This document shows positions 1-14,035 of a DNA stretch of 64,000 bases, in pieces. This stretch comes from Octopus vulgaris. Lineage: Eukaryota. A program made the translations under genes and the position numbers. The notes under the pieces were generated by a model. That model saw only the letters and a program-made list of their open reading frames with translations, had not been told where the DNA came from and made no database searches. Position 1 is the first letter of the stretch. Each line of letters opens with the position of its first letter. The DNA lies in contig OX597817.1 in the NCBI GenBank assembly GCA_951406725.2, forward strand, positions 146,072,001 to 146,136,000, given 5' to 3'.

Positions 1-2165
1 TCCTGACACCGAACACTTTACAGCATGTACTGAGTGCTCTTTATGTGGCAAGTGAGGCTGCCATGTCGTGGCACTCTGTCAGTAATGACGGCAGGGGTTC
101 CAGTTGATTAATGTAGTTCATGGGGAGATTCAGCATGACACAGTGTGTGACAAGGCTGGCCCTTTGAAATACAGTTACAAGAGAAACAGGAAGAAAGAGT
201 GAGAGAAAGTTGTGGTGAAAGAATGCAACAAGGTCCGCCACCACTCCCTGCCAGAGCCTCGTGGAGCTTTAGGTGTTTTCACTCAATAAACATTCATAAC
301 ACCCGGTCTGGGAATCAAAACTGCAATCCTACGACTGTGAGTCCATTGCCCTGACCACTGGGCCATTGCACCTCCATTAGGTTACCATGTAACTCACAAG
401 ACTAAAGAGCACCCTCAACTGAGAGGGGAGTATAGTAGGGAGGGCAGTGGCTTTAATCAAGGTTTAATCCTTTAATCTTAAGATTATTCTTTTAAATGTA
501 ATTCTAATTCTTTCACATTATTTTGAATTAGTTATGCAACATCTCATACTTTTGAGATTTTAATGGTATGAGGTTCATTTTGAGAATGACATTGTAGGGT
601 AGGTGTGAGAGGCTGAATGTTGCTAGTTTGAACATGAAACATGAAGAACATTTGAGCAAGATATGGTTGGTTTAAATGTTAAAGGTTTAAGTATGATAGA
701 AAGGTCAGGAACAAGGTTTGTTGTTGTAAAAGAGGTACCTGCTTACTCCTACATTATGTCAGGGTGAGTGGAAGTAACATGGGGTGGAGATGGTGGTGAC
801 AAGGTGAAAGATAAATAGATACCATGTCAATTCTCAGGATTCTAAGAAAGATTTTCTTCAGTTTCAACTCTTAAGGAATTGTGAAAAATATTCCAAAAGA
901 ATTATTTTTCTCAATACTTCCCAATCTATAGTTTATTATATTCAAAACCAAAATTCATGGAAGATCATCATCATCAACATCATTGTCTTCATTTAACATC
1001 GGTTTTCCATACTTGCATGAGTTGGACAATCTGACAGGAGCTGCCCAGGTTTCAGTTGTCTCTGTTTTGGCATGGTTTCTATGGCTGGATACCCTGCCTA
1101 ACGCCAGCCACTTTACAGAGTGTACTAGGTGCCTTATACACGGGCCCCAGTACAGTTACCCTACACGTGGCACTGGCACAGGTTCCCTAATTGGCACGTG
1201 TGCTAGTTTTTTATGGAACGCTAAAATGCTGAAGGGAAAACTTTACAATATCTTGTTCTGGAGTATGTTGTTGTTTGTTCCTTCTTGAGCCATGTCTGGC
1301 TCATAAGGGTCGGTTTCCAGTTTCATTGGATTATAGGTTCCCCACCTGGACAGAGCGCCAGTCTGTCACAGGTGAGCTGCTAGATGCAGGAGGCAAGAGT
1401 GAGAGAAAGTTGTGGCAAAAGAGTCAGCAGAAGTTCACCATTACCCTCTGTCAGAGCCACGTGGAGCTTAGGTGTTTCACTCATAAACACACATTACCCG
1501 GTCTGAGATTCGAACCCGTAATCCCTCAAATGCAAGTCTGCTGCTGTAACCACTAGGCCATATGCCTTGTTCTGGAGTCTACTAGGATTAATATGTTATT
1601 TTGTAAAAGATTTTTATTGAAAATATATTTTGCTGTAAAATTATTCTCTGGCCTAGTTTTATTTCCAAATTCATGGCTATCAAAACTCCCCATTTTTACT
1701 TCTATAATTCTGAGGATATGCAAAACCATTGCTGCAATTATTACTACCAACAGAATACTTCAAATTTTCTATTTCAACTAGTGTACATTGCTGTACATTT
1801 ATTTTCTGATTCTCTTGTCAATACTACAGCTCGTATGGCAAAGTATATACTTTGTTGATAAGGTCATAATAAGTCTGAAGCCTGTCCGACATTGTCTCCC
1901 ATTCTTGTCAGCATTATTAAAATAATATTAGACACAACTAAAGCAGCTTCTCTCCCTCACCACAGCATTATTTCCTGTTAGCTTTTTAGTGTTCTCTGCA
2001 TTAGATATGTTAACACTTTCTTAATAATATACTTAGATATTAACAAAGCTCTCTCTCCAAAATTTTTACACTTATGAATTGATGTTAGGTCAATTTGTTC
2101 TGAAGTAGAATTTTTTTCCTGTTGTGAAATGCTAGAAGTGAGGTATTTGCCAAAATCCCTCTTTC

Positions 2166-2178
2166 CTTCTCTCTCTCT

Positions 2179-2264
<86 letters not shown>

Positions 2265-2461
2265 GTATATATATGTATATGTATATATATGTATATGTAT
2301 ATATATGTATATGTATGTATATGTATATGTATGTATATGTATATATATGTATATGTATATATATGTATATGTATGTATGTATATGTATGTATATATATGT
2401 ATGTATGTGTATGTATGTATGTATGTGTATATATGTATGTGTATATATATATATATATATA
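2166..2461. repeat. Compound (CT)n/(AT)n/(ATGT)n/(ATATGT)n microsatellite
   Basis: Read directly. It explains the YI/HT/MY low-complexity ORFs. Confidence 0.97.
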
Positions 2462-4604
2462 CTCATCCATCTTTTCTCTTTCTCTCACTACATAGCTGCC
2501 TTAAAAATGAAAGACTAAAATGAATTGGTAATGTTAAAATAATAATAACCAGCTGGCTGGCTGATGCTTAGGCCTCCCTAAGTTCTCTGGCTATCCATTA
2601 TGGAGTGAGTGAGCCAGTTGTGCGGTCAGGAATTTATATAGCTTAGTCTTAGTTCTAACAGCAGCAACGACATAACATGAGAAAATACACATCTAATTAA
2701 AGCTGACATTAGGAACTCCTCTATTTTACTGAATTAGCTCACCCTCAACCATCGAAGTCTTTGTAGCATTACCTCTAGAATATTTTACTCAAGTCTAATC
2801 CTGATATTTTTTCCTTTTGTCATCTTTAATCATTATGTTTTAGTTGTCTAGTAAATGACCTGATAAGCTAAATCATGCTAGACTGTTCGTCATTTAGTTT
2901 ATCATGTCCTTTGTAAATATTTCTCTCTACAACTTAAAACAATTTAAAATTTTTATCTAGTTTAAACTCCATCTTGAGTTTCCTTGATGCACTGCCATGA
3001 TGGAGATGAAAGCCATGGCTTTAACTCTATGATCTTGGAAGAAAAGAAACCAAGTTCAAATTCTTTTGTTCTAAGCTCTTACCACAAAGGAGCCTCTATG
3101 TAGTCCCTTGACCCACCAAAATAGCTAAATTGCCTTTTATTGTCCATTCTATCTTAACTAAATAAAGGACACCCCTGCCTGTGGGCATAATTGCGCCTGC
3201 AGGCCAATATACTTGTATGTACAAAATATAATAAATTTTTCAATTATAAAATTTATACAATATCCCTATTTGCAACATAAGTCGCGTTTCCACGACAACT
3301 TAAAGCAGCTAGACTCGAACATCCGGTAATTGCCATTTGAATGGAAATTTTGCTTTCCGCCGAGGTCAGCTTTGCCTTTCATCCTTTCGGGGTCGATAAA
3401 TTAAGTACCAGTTGCATACTAGGATCAATGCAATCGACTGGTCCCCTCCCCCAAAATTTCTGGTCTTGTGCCTAGAGTAGAAAAGAATTTTGTTTTCACT
3501 ATAAAACACATATTGGTAGGTTTGTACCACCCCCTTGAGACCCAACTACACTCTAGCTGAAAAATATAGAATACTTCATAAGTAATATAAACGTCCTAAA
3601 TTCGGTGGTGACGTTAATGCAGATGTTACTTGCTAATTTAATGTGTTAAACTCATCTTTATTAATGTATATCGAATTATACATACTCTTTTACTTGTTTC
3701 AGTCATTTGACTGTGGCTTTGCTGGAGCACCACCTTAGGTTGAGCAAATCAACTCCAGGTCTTATTCTTTGTAAGCCTAGTACTTATTCTATCGGTCTCT
3801 TTTTGCCAAACCGCTAAGTTATGGGGATGTAAACACACCAGCATCAGTTTTCAAGCGATGTTGGGGGGCAAACACAGATACGCAAGCGTATACACACACA
3901 CATACATATATATACGACAGGCTTCTTTCAGTTTCCATCTACCAAATCCACTCACAAGGCTTTGGTCGGCCCGAGGCTATAGTAGAAGACACTTGCCCTA
4001 GATGCCACACTGTGGGACTGAACCCGGAACCATGTGGTTCGTAAGCAAGCTACTTACGACACAGCCACTCCTGTGCCTATATGTACAAGACTTACGTAGA
4101 TATAAGTGTTAGAACTTGTGGTCTGCCCGTAGACCTTTTTCATTGGAAATTTTTGCCTGCCGCACTAAAAAGTTTCCCCACACCCTGCTCTCAATAATAT
4201 AGTCTTAATGGACCTGGGAAGGTAGCAAGCTTACAGAATTGTTAGCACATCGGGTAAAATGGTTAGCGCCATTTCTTCCGGCTCTTTACATTCTGAGTTC
4301 AAATCACACGGAGGTCAACTTTACCTTTCGTCTCTTGGGGGGAGGGGGTCAATAAAATAACTCAAATACTGGTGGTCAATGTTGCTGCCCTGGCCTCTCC
4401 CCTCAAAATTGATGCACTAGAACCCTGCGATGGACTGGCACCCTGTCCAGAGGGAATGTTGTGACCTCAGTCGCTTATACAGTATGGAAACCAAGTAACT
4501 AGCCTCATTAGTCTTAGGGCTTCGAAAGGGTAAAGAAAATGGACCTGAGACTAAATGACAATTCTTACTTTGACTTTCAAACCTGTGACACATGGTGCAA
4601 AGTC

Positions 4605-4850
4605 CACACACATGCACTGGCACACACATACACATACACTGGCACACACACATGCACTTGCACACACACACATGCACTGGCGCGCACACACATGCATACA
4701 CATTTGTACACACACACACCGACATGCATAAAGATGCACAGGCATACACACACACATGCACTGGCGCGCACACGCATACACATCGGTACACACACACACA
4801 CCAACATGCATAAAGATGCACAGGCATGCACACACGCACACACACACTTA
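4605..4850. repeat. CA-rich minisatellite with a duplicated ~85-bp unit, inside a SINE
   Basis: cacacatgcactggc recurs, and acatgcataaagatgcacaggcat occurs twice. Confidence 0.85.
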
Positions 4851-5684
4851 TACGACAGACTTCTCTCAGTTTCTGTCAACCAGATCCACTCACAGGGCTT
4901 TGGTCTTCCCAGGGCTATAGTAAAAAAAACACTTGCTTAAGATGCCACAAAGTGGGACTGAACTCGAGACTGTGTGGCTGGAAAGAGCACTTCTTCACCA
5001 CACATCCATGCACGCCTGTGCCTTTTTCAAACTTTATATTATTTCAAAAGATGAGGAGTTAAAATACTGGATTACTGATGCAGTCAAGGTGTGTGGTTGT
5101 TAGTAAGAGACACATCTCTTGGGCCAGTGAAGGAGTTCATCTCTATGTGATTACTTGATTTGCTAGAAACAGCAGCTAAATATCACTTGAATTACAACCA
5201 TACCAACTAAACAAAAAGTACTACAACTTTTGCTTGCACCAGACTATTTGGATAGCAAAAGCCTTTGGGTTGGGGTGGGGGTCTCCCTTTTCTCTCTGTA
5301 TAGCTAAATGGTTTGATGTTGGAAGGTAATTCATCTGCGAAAACGATTAGTGTCCCCACCACCCCTGCAAAAATGCAAGTACTGAAATACGTGAGAAAAA
5401 GAAAAATCCTATGCAAGGGGAACTAAATAAGCTACAAACCAGATGAAGTCTCTGTAGTTGCTAAAAATAGCAGCCAAGTCTCCTTCAGATCACACCCTAC
5501 TGGCATAAAAAAAAATAAAATAAACAACCAGAGACAATGTAGTCTATGATAAGCTATCTGGAAATAAGATGAGATGGTCACAGCTGGAATATTGACCACC
5601 ATCGGTCTGCTTGATCAGAGCTGATCTGGGATCAGCAACAACGAAATTGTGATCAAGATGGTGTGCATGCATGCATGTATCCAG

Positions 5685-6115
5685 TGTTTTAAATCTGGGT
5701 TTTGTCCCCATTAACAGGGGTGGCCAGATCTACCTCAATGCCATAGCAACCACCCTCACACCATCTTGCCCAGTTTTAGGTGTCCTCCCTTCTCAAGCCA
5801 ACCCTCCCAATCTCCTCATCCGCCTGTCTCCTCCACATTTTCCTCAGTCTACCTCGCTTTCACTGTCCATTCACCTCAAACTCTAGCACCCTCCTCAGAA
5901 CATGCTCCTCATCCCTCCTCAACACATGCCCATACCACCTCGCTCCATTCACCCTTGCCAGCCGTTCCACTGATTTCTCCGACCTCAGCATCCCCATCAG
6001 TTCTCCTCTTATCAAACAGCTTCACACCACACATTTCTCTTACCATTGCTCTCTCGGTCCTTCTCAAAATCGCCATCTCTCTCTCCCTCAAACACCATGC
6101 CTCACTCCATACAGC
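5685..6115 (-). mobile_element. RTE-clade LINE 3' fragment (degenerate)
   Basis: AILRRTERAMVREMCGVKLFDKRR, then in another frame RWYGHVLRRDEEHVLRRVLEFEVNG..KRGR.RK.W. Confidence 0.8.
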
Positions 6116-8418
6116 AGTTTTAGGGGTGGAGTTAAATTGATTACATCAACTGGTCCTTATTTTATTGACCTCGAAAGGATGAGAAGCAAAGGACTGCAAT
6201 GGAATTTGAACTCTGAATGTTGGGATGGACAAAATCACCCAATACACTGTGTGAAGTTGTTGGCATTAAGAAGGACATCTAGCCATAGAAACCCAAACAG
6301 ACAGATGGGGCCTGGCGCAGCTCTCCAGCTTGTCAGCCTGTATCAAGCCATCCAACCCATGCCTGCATGGAAAAGTGACTTTAAATGATGATCACGAAAA
6401 AAGTACCATCTGATTGTGGTCGATGCCAGCTCTTCTGGCCCCTGTGCCAGTGGCACGTAAAAAGCACCCACTACACTCTCGGAGTGGTTGGCATTAGGAA
6501 GGGCATCCAGCTGTACAAACACTGCCAGATCAGATTGGGGCCTGGTGCAGCCTCCTGGCTTTTCCAGACCCCAGTTGAACTGTCCAACCCATGCCAGCAT
6601 GGAAAACGGACATTAAATGATGATGATGATGATGTACTATAGACTTAGATTTTACTTAGGTCTATCTTGAGCCCTAGGACTCATAATGAAATGGAAATTG
6701 TAGTTGTGATCTTGCTGGTGACACGTAAAAAGCACCACCTGAATGTGGCCGATGCCAGCACCGCCTTGACTGGCTTCTGTGCCAGTGGCACATAAAAAGC
6801 ACCATCTGATCGTGGTCGATGCCAGCCCCCTCTGGGCCCTGTACCAGTGGCACGTAAAAAAGCACCCACTACACTCTTGGAATGGTTGGTGTTAGGAAAG
6901 GCATCCAGCTGTAGAAACACTGCCAGATCAGACTGGAGCCTGTACATGGTGTTGTTATGAGGATCTGATCAAAGTCTTTGCAATTAAAAAAAATGTAGGA
7001 GAAAACCATTCAAACATTAATAAAGTGGAAGTATACAAAAATAAACATTATTTTCCATCTTACTGTGTAGTTTATTGTTGTTTATACTTTGAATTACATA
7101 TATACGGGGGCACCAAAGTGTTTTTCAGTGCTTAGGGCCCTTGTGGGTCTTAACTGGCCCTAGATAAAAAGACATGAAACCACATGGCAAATCAAAGATG
7201 GCTCTTCTGACTGTCACTTCCTTAAAATAAGGATGTCCTTTCCAATAATAATTATTCAAGTTTTTCTTACTTTTCAACTTTTCACCTCTATCTGATCTCT
7301 CATTCTCTCTAGCCATGCTCTCTCACCACTTCTTTTTTCATTTTTACCTTTTACCTTTATCCCTCTCTCTCTTCTCTCTCTCTCTCTACTTCTCTCTCTC
7401 CCTCACTGAGCTGTAGCTTTTCTACTCCAACTCCCTAGCTACTTGGTTGCGGTGGGGGGAGGGGTTATGTACCATATAGTGGGAGTAAGGGAGAGCAGTT
7501 TTATTCCCCCCTCTCTCTGTTCATCTCCCATTACTGCTGTATCACCTTTTAACTCCTACCACTACAACATACTTCCACTTCCCTTCACTTTGCCTCTGTT
7601 ATAATATCCTCTCTCTCCCCTCTTTCTCTCTCTCTGCCTCCCTCGCTTTCTCTCTCTGCCTCCCTCCCTCTCTCTTTCTCTGCCTCCCTCCCTCCCTCTT
7701 ACAGTACTTCTTATCTGTAAAAACCAAACCTGATCTGATCTTAACTGTTGGTATTTTCACAGTCAGAATACTGACATTAAATTCTCTCTACAGACTAATT
7801 TCACACATCTTGCCGCCTCATTACTGATATTAGAACATGATTCTGACAAGGACAAATATATATGAGTCTGTCTGCATATGTGCCTCTAATCATCTCTGTA
7901 TGTATGTCAGTGTATATATCACTATATGTGTGTGTATGTGTGTCTATATCACTGTACACGTGTGTGTGTGTCTATGCATCACTGCATATATGTCTGTATT
8001 ATTATGTGTCTTGGTTTTATCCACAGAGATATATTTCTTTACTACCCACAAGGGGCTAAACACAGAGGGGACAAACAAAGACAGACAAACGGATTAAGTC
8101 GATTACATTGACCCCAGTGCATAACTGGTACTTAACTTATCAACCGCGAAAAGGATGAAAGGCAAAGTCGACCTCGGCGGAATTTGAACCCAGAACGTAA
8201 CGATACTAGTAACCTATCTTCTTGGATAGGTTGCTAGTATACTTTAGATAACTTTCTCAGACCAGTCATATATGCAAAGAAGGTTTTTGTTTTTGGCTTT
8301 GTTTTTTTTTTGCCCCACAGAGGCAACAAGGCATTATAGTAGATTTGAACTTACAATACTGTCAGTTACTGATCCAATATCTTCTTAGTTTCATCCCGAA
8401 CATTTTTTACAAAGCCGT

Positions 8419-8650
8419 TTTAACCTTTGAACATTCAGATTACTCTGTCAAATCTAATTCTTATTTATTCACATTGTTTACAATTAACCAAGTTTTTTAT
8501 CTTGTAGCTTTGGAATTTCAATGTTGAGATTCTTTATTTTTAAAATGACATTGTAGGTTAGATATGGGAAACCAGATCTGGTTGGTTTGAACATAAAGCA
8601 GATGGAATATTTGGTCTGGATATGGCCAGTCTAAATGCTAAACGGGTTAT
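8419..8650. mobile_element. Second TTAA-type MITE family (related copy at ~465-690)
   Basis: ttaacctttgaacatt...aatgctaaacgggtta termini. Internal 'gacattgtagg' and 'gtttgaacat' are shared with 465-690. Confidence 0.6.
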
Positions 8651-8882
8651 GGTCAGAATCTGAGTGATGGTGTGTGTTGAGAGAAAGAGAAGCGAGTGTC
8701 TACTTAGTGTAAAGGAATTAGAATTAATTCCAGATAAAGATAATGGTAATGTTATTAATTTACCACATGGTTCCGGGTTCTGTCTCATTGTGTGACAGCT
8801 TGGGCAGGTGTCTACTACTATAGCCTCAGACTGACCAAAGACTTGTGAGTGGATTTGGTTGACAGAAACTGAAAGAAGCCCG

Positions 8883-8916
<34 letters not shown>

Positions 8917-8918
<2 letters not shown>

Positions 8919-9296
8919 AGGCGCAATGGCCCAGTGGTTAGGGCAGCGGACTCGCGGTCGTAGGATCGCGGTTTCGATTCCCAGACCGGGCGTTGTGAGT
9001 GTTTATTGAGCGAAAACACCTAAAGCTCCACAAGGCTCCAGCAGGGATGGTGGTGATCCCTGCTGTACTCTTTCACAACTTTCTCTCACTCTTACTTCCT
9101 GTTTCTGTTGTACCTGTATTTCAAAGGGCCGGCCTTGTCACTCTCTGTGTCACGCTGAATATCCCCGAGAACTACGTTAAGGGTACACGTGTCTGTGGAG
9201 TGCTCAGCTACTTACATGTTAATTTCACGAGCAGGCTGTTCCGTTGATTCGGATCAACCGGAACCCTCATCGTCGTAACCGCCGGAGTGCTTCCAT
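8917..9296 (+). mobile_element. tRNA(Arg)-headed SINE nested in the (AT)n tract of another SINE (related copy at ~60-378, minus)
   Basis: A box TGGCCCAGTGG, ggactcgcgg anticodon-like arm, B box GTTTCGATTCC. Flanked by (AT)n. Confidence 0.85.
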
Positions 9297-9476
9297 CCAT
9301 ATATATATATATATATATATTTTAATAATTACTGGTATCTTTATATATTATATATGTAAAACATATGTTATACGTGTATCTATATTGTTGTAATTGTCAT
9401 TTTAGTAAATAAATAAATAGACATATGCCTAAAAGTTGATGAATACCACCTATTGATCACCTTCATTTTCTTATTA

Positions 9477-9518
<42 letters not shown>

Positions 9519-10587
9519 CTGTGTCTGTCCCCTCCCCACCATCATCTGACGACTGATGTTGGTTTGTTTATGTCCCCATAACTTAACGGTTCAGCAAAAT
9601 AGACCAATAGAATAAGTACTAGGCTTGTAAAGAATAAGTTCTGGGGTCGATTTGTTCGACTAAAGGCAGTGCTCCAGCATGGCTGCAGTCAAATGACTGA
9701 AACCAGTAAGCCATTCACAGGAGAAATTTCCTTGCTGTAGACAAATGTGTGTAGCGAGAAATTTTCTCCATGAGAAAACACAGATAATGACTCGTTTACA
9801 AATTGAAATTTGTGTCTGGCATATTCAAACTGGTAAGGACATTACATTTATGCCCATCACTGCTTAGCACTCCCACCTCATAAAGATAGTTGTGATTGAG
9901 CAAGGGTGGGTATGTGTAGACACAAGTTGAGTGGTCAGTGTATTGGGTTTAAGGAATTTAAACTTTCCCATGCTTTGACCAAGATGCTGTTGGCTACTTG
10001 AATATACTTTAAACAAATGAAATACCAGTAATAATCATCATCATTGTCATAATTTTACTTTAGCTTTCCATACTGGTATGGATTGGCTGGGTTATTATCC
10101 AAGACAATTTTTCAATGGCAGTTGCTGTCTCTAAAGACCGTTGCTCCTATATGTTATCCAGCTTGGTTTCTGCAGATGGATGTTCTTCCCATTGCCAAAG
10201 TGTACTGGGTACATTTTCTCATGGCTCTAATACCAGAGTACTCATCCAAGACCAAAGAGGGAAATAGGAAAGGGAGCAATGACAGCTGAAAGGCCAGAAA
10301 TTAGTGGTTGAGTGGTGAGGGTAGGAGAGTAAATGTCCGGGGTAAGACTGCATCCGGTAGTTAGAGCTTGGTATGGAAGTTCCAGGGTTTCTAAGGGTGT
10401 GGAACCAACTCTTGCCACTATTGTTCCTAGGTCTACTCGGATCCAGGGTAGTGGCACCTGTCAGGGTCTCAGCTATGGGTTAACCAGTATGGGTACCACC
10501 CACTTCAAACCCAGGCTACATCTTCTCCAATAATTGGTGGTGACTTGGTCAGCAGGTCGTCTGCGACAGTTGACAATCAACAGCAAG

Positions 10588-10951
10588 TGGAGGCGCAATG
10601 GCCCAATGGTTAGGGCAGCGGACTCGCGGTCGGAGGATTTCGGTTTCAATTCCCAGACCGGGTGTTGTGTGTGTTTATTGAGCGAAAACACCTAAAGCTC
10701 CACGAGGCTCCGACAGGGGGTGGGGGTGGCAACCCCTGTTGTACTCTTTTGCTCCAACTTTCTCTCACTCTTTCTTCTTGTTTCTTGTCTCTGACTTCCT
10801 ATGTAACTGCTGAGCCTGGATGTGCATTCATCCATCCGTCGATGCTCTCGGTGTCGGGGATTGACCTGCTTTCTCTTCTGCGGGTCTTACAAATAGCAAA
10901 GGACCACGTTTCAGACTTCTCCCACTACACTCTGGGATGAAGACTGCTTCG
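10588..10951 (+). mobile_element. tRNA-headed SINE with 12-bp TSD
   Basis: Same head as 8917. ATCAACAGCAAG at 10576-10587 and 10952-10963. Confidence 0.88.
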
Positions 10952-13474
10952 ATCAACAGCAAGATGAGCTGCCATGGATCGCACTAACCCAAAGTGTGTG
11001 TGCATGTGACTGGGGACCACATATGAACTTTTATTTCCACTGAAACCCCAAATATGAACAACGAATGACAACTGCGGCTATGGTGTCCGCACTGTCAGAT
11101 GTGCTTGGTCTCCCAGTCGGGCATTTGTAAAATTTTCAAGCTGGATTTTTGGGCAACAGGCAGAAGCATTATTTTACCTGCTGGAACGTTAGGGCTGACC
11201 ATCAGATGTGGTCAGTGTTTGTGAGGGACATGGTGAACTCATTGGTCAGAACCAGCTCAACCCACCTCAGGTGAATGCTGCCACAAATACAAATTGTGAA
11301 TATAGAGAGTATCTCAGAATGGGTGAGAGGATGGAAAGAACAAGGATATGATGGGCAAAGGTAAGATTATTTGGAGGGTGGACTTGGTAGAAGAGTGATT
11401 TGCAAAAGCAGAAGTGAGCAAAGATAAGGGTAGGTGATAGGTGGCAATAGACGTGGCCCAGAGTGGAGAGAATGCTGGCTGGTAGTATAGCAGGGTAAAG
11501 TTAGTGTATTTGCATAAGAGGGTAAGAGTGGTCCACTGCAGCCTCTTATTTGGTGGGGTCAGAGTGAAGTAAAGTGAGTGGTGCGGTTTGCATAGGTGGT
11601 GGGGAAATGAGAGATGGAGGGCTACGGAATGATAAGGAGACAGGAGCTGTGAAGAGGGAAAGGGAGCAATAGGTATATGAGAAGGAGTGATGGGGAAGCA
11701 AGATAAGATTGGCAACTTTGTGTGTGTATATGTACATACATCATCATCATCGTTTAACGTCCGTTTTCCATGCTAGCATGAGTTGGATGGTTCGACCGGG
11801 GTCTGGGAAGCCAGAAGGCTGCACCAGGCTCCAGTCTGATCTGGCAGAGTTTCTACAGCTGGATGCCCTTCCTAATGCCAACCACTCCGAGAGTGTAGTG
11901 GGTGCTTTTTATGTGCCACCGGCACAGGTGCCAGGCGAGGCTGGCAGCAGCCACGATCGGTTGGTGCTTTTTACGTGCCACTGGTACGGAAGCCAGTCAA
12001 GGTGGTGCTGGCATCTACATATATGAATTCTAAACACAAGCCTTGTGTCAAGGTGTATTTTGTCATGGTTGGGCAGGCCTTCTGTAGCACTGTATATCAC
12101 CCATTATTAAGGTCCACAGTCATCTCCTCCCTTCTGAGTTCGGGTAGCTAGCAGAATTGTTAGAGCATCCGAAAAAATACTTCCAGCTCTGTACATTTTG
12201 AGTTCGAATCCTACTAAGGTCAACTTTGCCTGCCATCCTTTTGGGGCCAATGAAATAGTACCAGTTAATTAAGTATTGGGATCAATTTAATCAACTTACC
12301 CTTTTTGACAAAAACTACTGGCTAAGGTGGCCTAATCGTTAGCACCACTGGGCGAAATGCTTAGTGAAATTTCATCCATCATCACATTCTGAGTTCAAAT
12401 TCTGCAGAGGTCGACTTTGCCTTTCATCCTTTTGAGGGTCAGTAAAATAAGTACCAGCTGAGTACTGGGGTCGATGTAATCGACTAGTCCCCCTTCTCCA
12501 AATTTCAGGCCTTGTGCCTTTAGTAGAAAGGATTATCATTATCATATCTAGCAGTTTCATTGCTGACATTTGCTTCCTCAGCTATTTGCTTTTTAATGCT
12601 CTCTGATGAATTTGAAGCCAGACTCAGTACATCTATTGACTGTTTATTTATTTAAGTTTTTTTTTTGTTTTTATTCAAGAGTTTGTTTTAATGGTTTTAA
12701 TATTTATTGCCTTTCTAATAGAAAGGGAATAAATTAAACCTCTGCATGGCAAGGTGGGGTTGGTTGGGTAGGGTAACTTTTTTTTTCTTCATTCAAACTG
12801 GTGGCTTCTTAATTTTGGCAAAAAAAATAGTTTTGTAATACCAGCCTTGCCACTATTGTATATAAATAACTACCTTGACAGGAAAGGGGGTTTTTTTGTC
12901 TTTTTGTTTTGCTTTGTTTTTAAACCAAAGAGTGTAACTTGAACACACACTGATACTGTACAAGGAGAAAACATGTCAGTGAAAATTAATTTATTTTATT
13001 GCCTAGACAGTGGAGGAATCTAATAAATATGCAGATAATATGGAAGTCATTAACGAGATTGGTAGACTATTGGTGTGGAATTGTTTAGAAGTTCAGAGAT
13101 GGCAGCAGTGTGAAGTAGCGTTGGTTTGTATACACAGCAGTAAGTGATCCAGAAATGGAGTGAGTAGACACTAGTTTCGAGTGTGATGGTGATATCCTTA
13201 TTGTTTCATGTGGCTGTATGGTAAGAAGCTTGCTTCCCAACCACATGGCTCTCGGTTCAGTCCCACTGCGTAGCACCTTGAGCAGTTCATCATCATTGTT
13301 TAACACCCGCCTTCCATGCTAGCATGGGTTGGACGGTTCGACCGGGGTCTGAGAAGCCAGGAGGCTGCACCAGGCCCAGTCTGATCTAGCAGTGTTTCAA
13401 CTTTTAATATAGCCTCAGGCTGACCAAAGCTTTGTGAGTGGATTTGGTAGATGGAAACTGAAGGAAGCCCATCT

Positions 13475-13505
<31 letters not shown>

Positions 13506-13850
13506 CTTTGTTTCTGTTTGTCACTCACCATCACTTGGCAAACGGTATTGATGTGTTTACATCCCTATAACTTAACAGTTCAACAAAAGAAGCCAATAAA
13601 ACAGGTACCAGACTTCAATAAATGTACCGAGGTCAATTCAATTGACTAATAATTCTTCAAAGTGCTGTCCCAGCATGGATGCAGTCTAATGACTGGAACA
13701 AGTAAAAGATAAAAGACCATGTGATCAGTTTTACTCTGTTGGCCATATAGTTATATCATCATCATCATCATCATCATCATCTTTTGATGGCCGTCTTTCA
13801 TGCCAGTATAGGTTAGACAGTTTGACAGGACTTGAGAAGTCAGGGGACAT

Positions 13851-14035
13851 TATTTACATTTGACAGATATTTGTCCTCATCTTGTTTGTTGCTAACATAT
13901 TTTGGCTGATATACTCTCCAGCCTTCTTCAGGTGTCTTGGGGAAATTTCGAACCTGTGTTCTCATTCTCCAAGACACCTGATGAAGGCTGTTAACAACAA
14001 ACAAGATGAGGACAAATATCCATCAACTGTAAATA
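13851..14035. repeat. Fold-back palindrome with decayed hammerhead-like motifs (Penelope pLTR-like)
   Basis: gatatttgtcctcatcttgtttgttg...cagccttcttcaggtgtcttgg versus ccaagacacctgatgaaggctg...caacaaacaagatgaggacaaatatc. Confidence 0.8.

Noticed and set aside
1553-1980. Cluster of short ORFs in unique-looking sequence
   Set aside because: No recognisable motif or consistent splice signals. Possibly an old TE fragment.
1978-2523. Five overlapping 100-160 aa ORFs rich in Y/I/H/T/M/C
   Set aside because: Translations of an AT/ATGT microsatellite, which lacks stops.
4417-4940. His/Thr- and Cys/Val-rich ORFs
   Set aside because: CA-rich minisatellite inside a SINE.
5766-6388. 124- and 202-aa plus-strand ORFs
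   Set aside because: Antisense of an RTE fragment followed by SINE pieces.
8917-8990. tRNA-Arg gene
   Set aside because: No acceptor-stem closure or Pol III terminator. It continues into a SINE body present in several copies.
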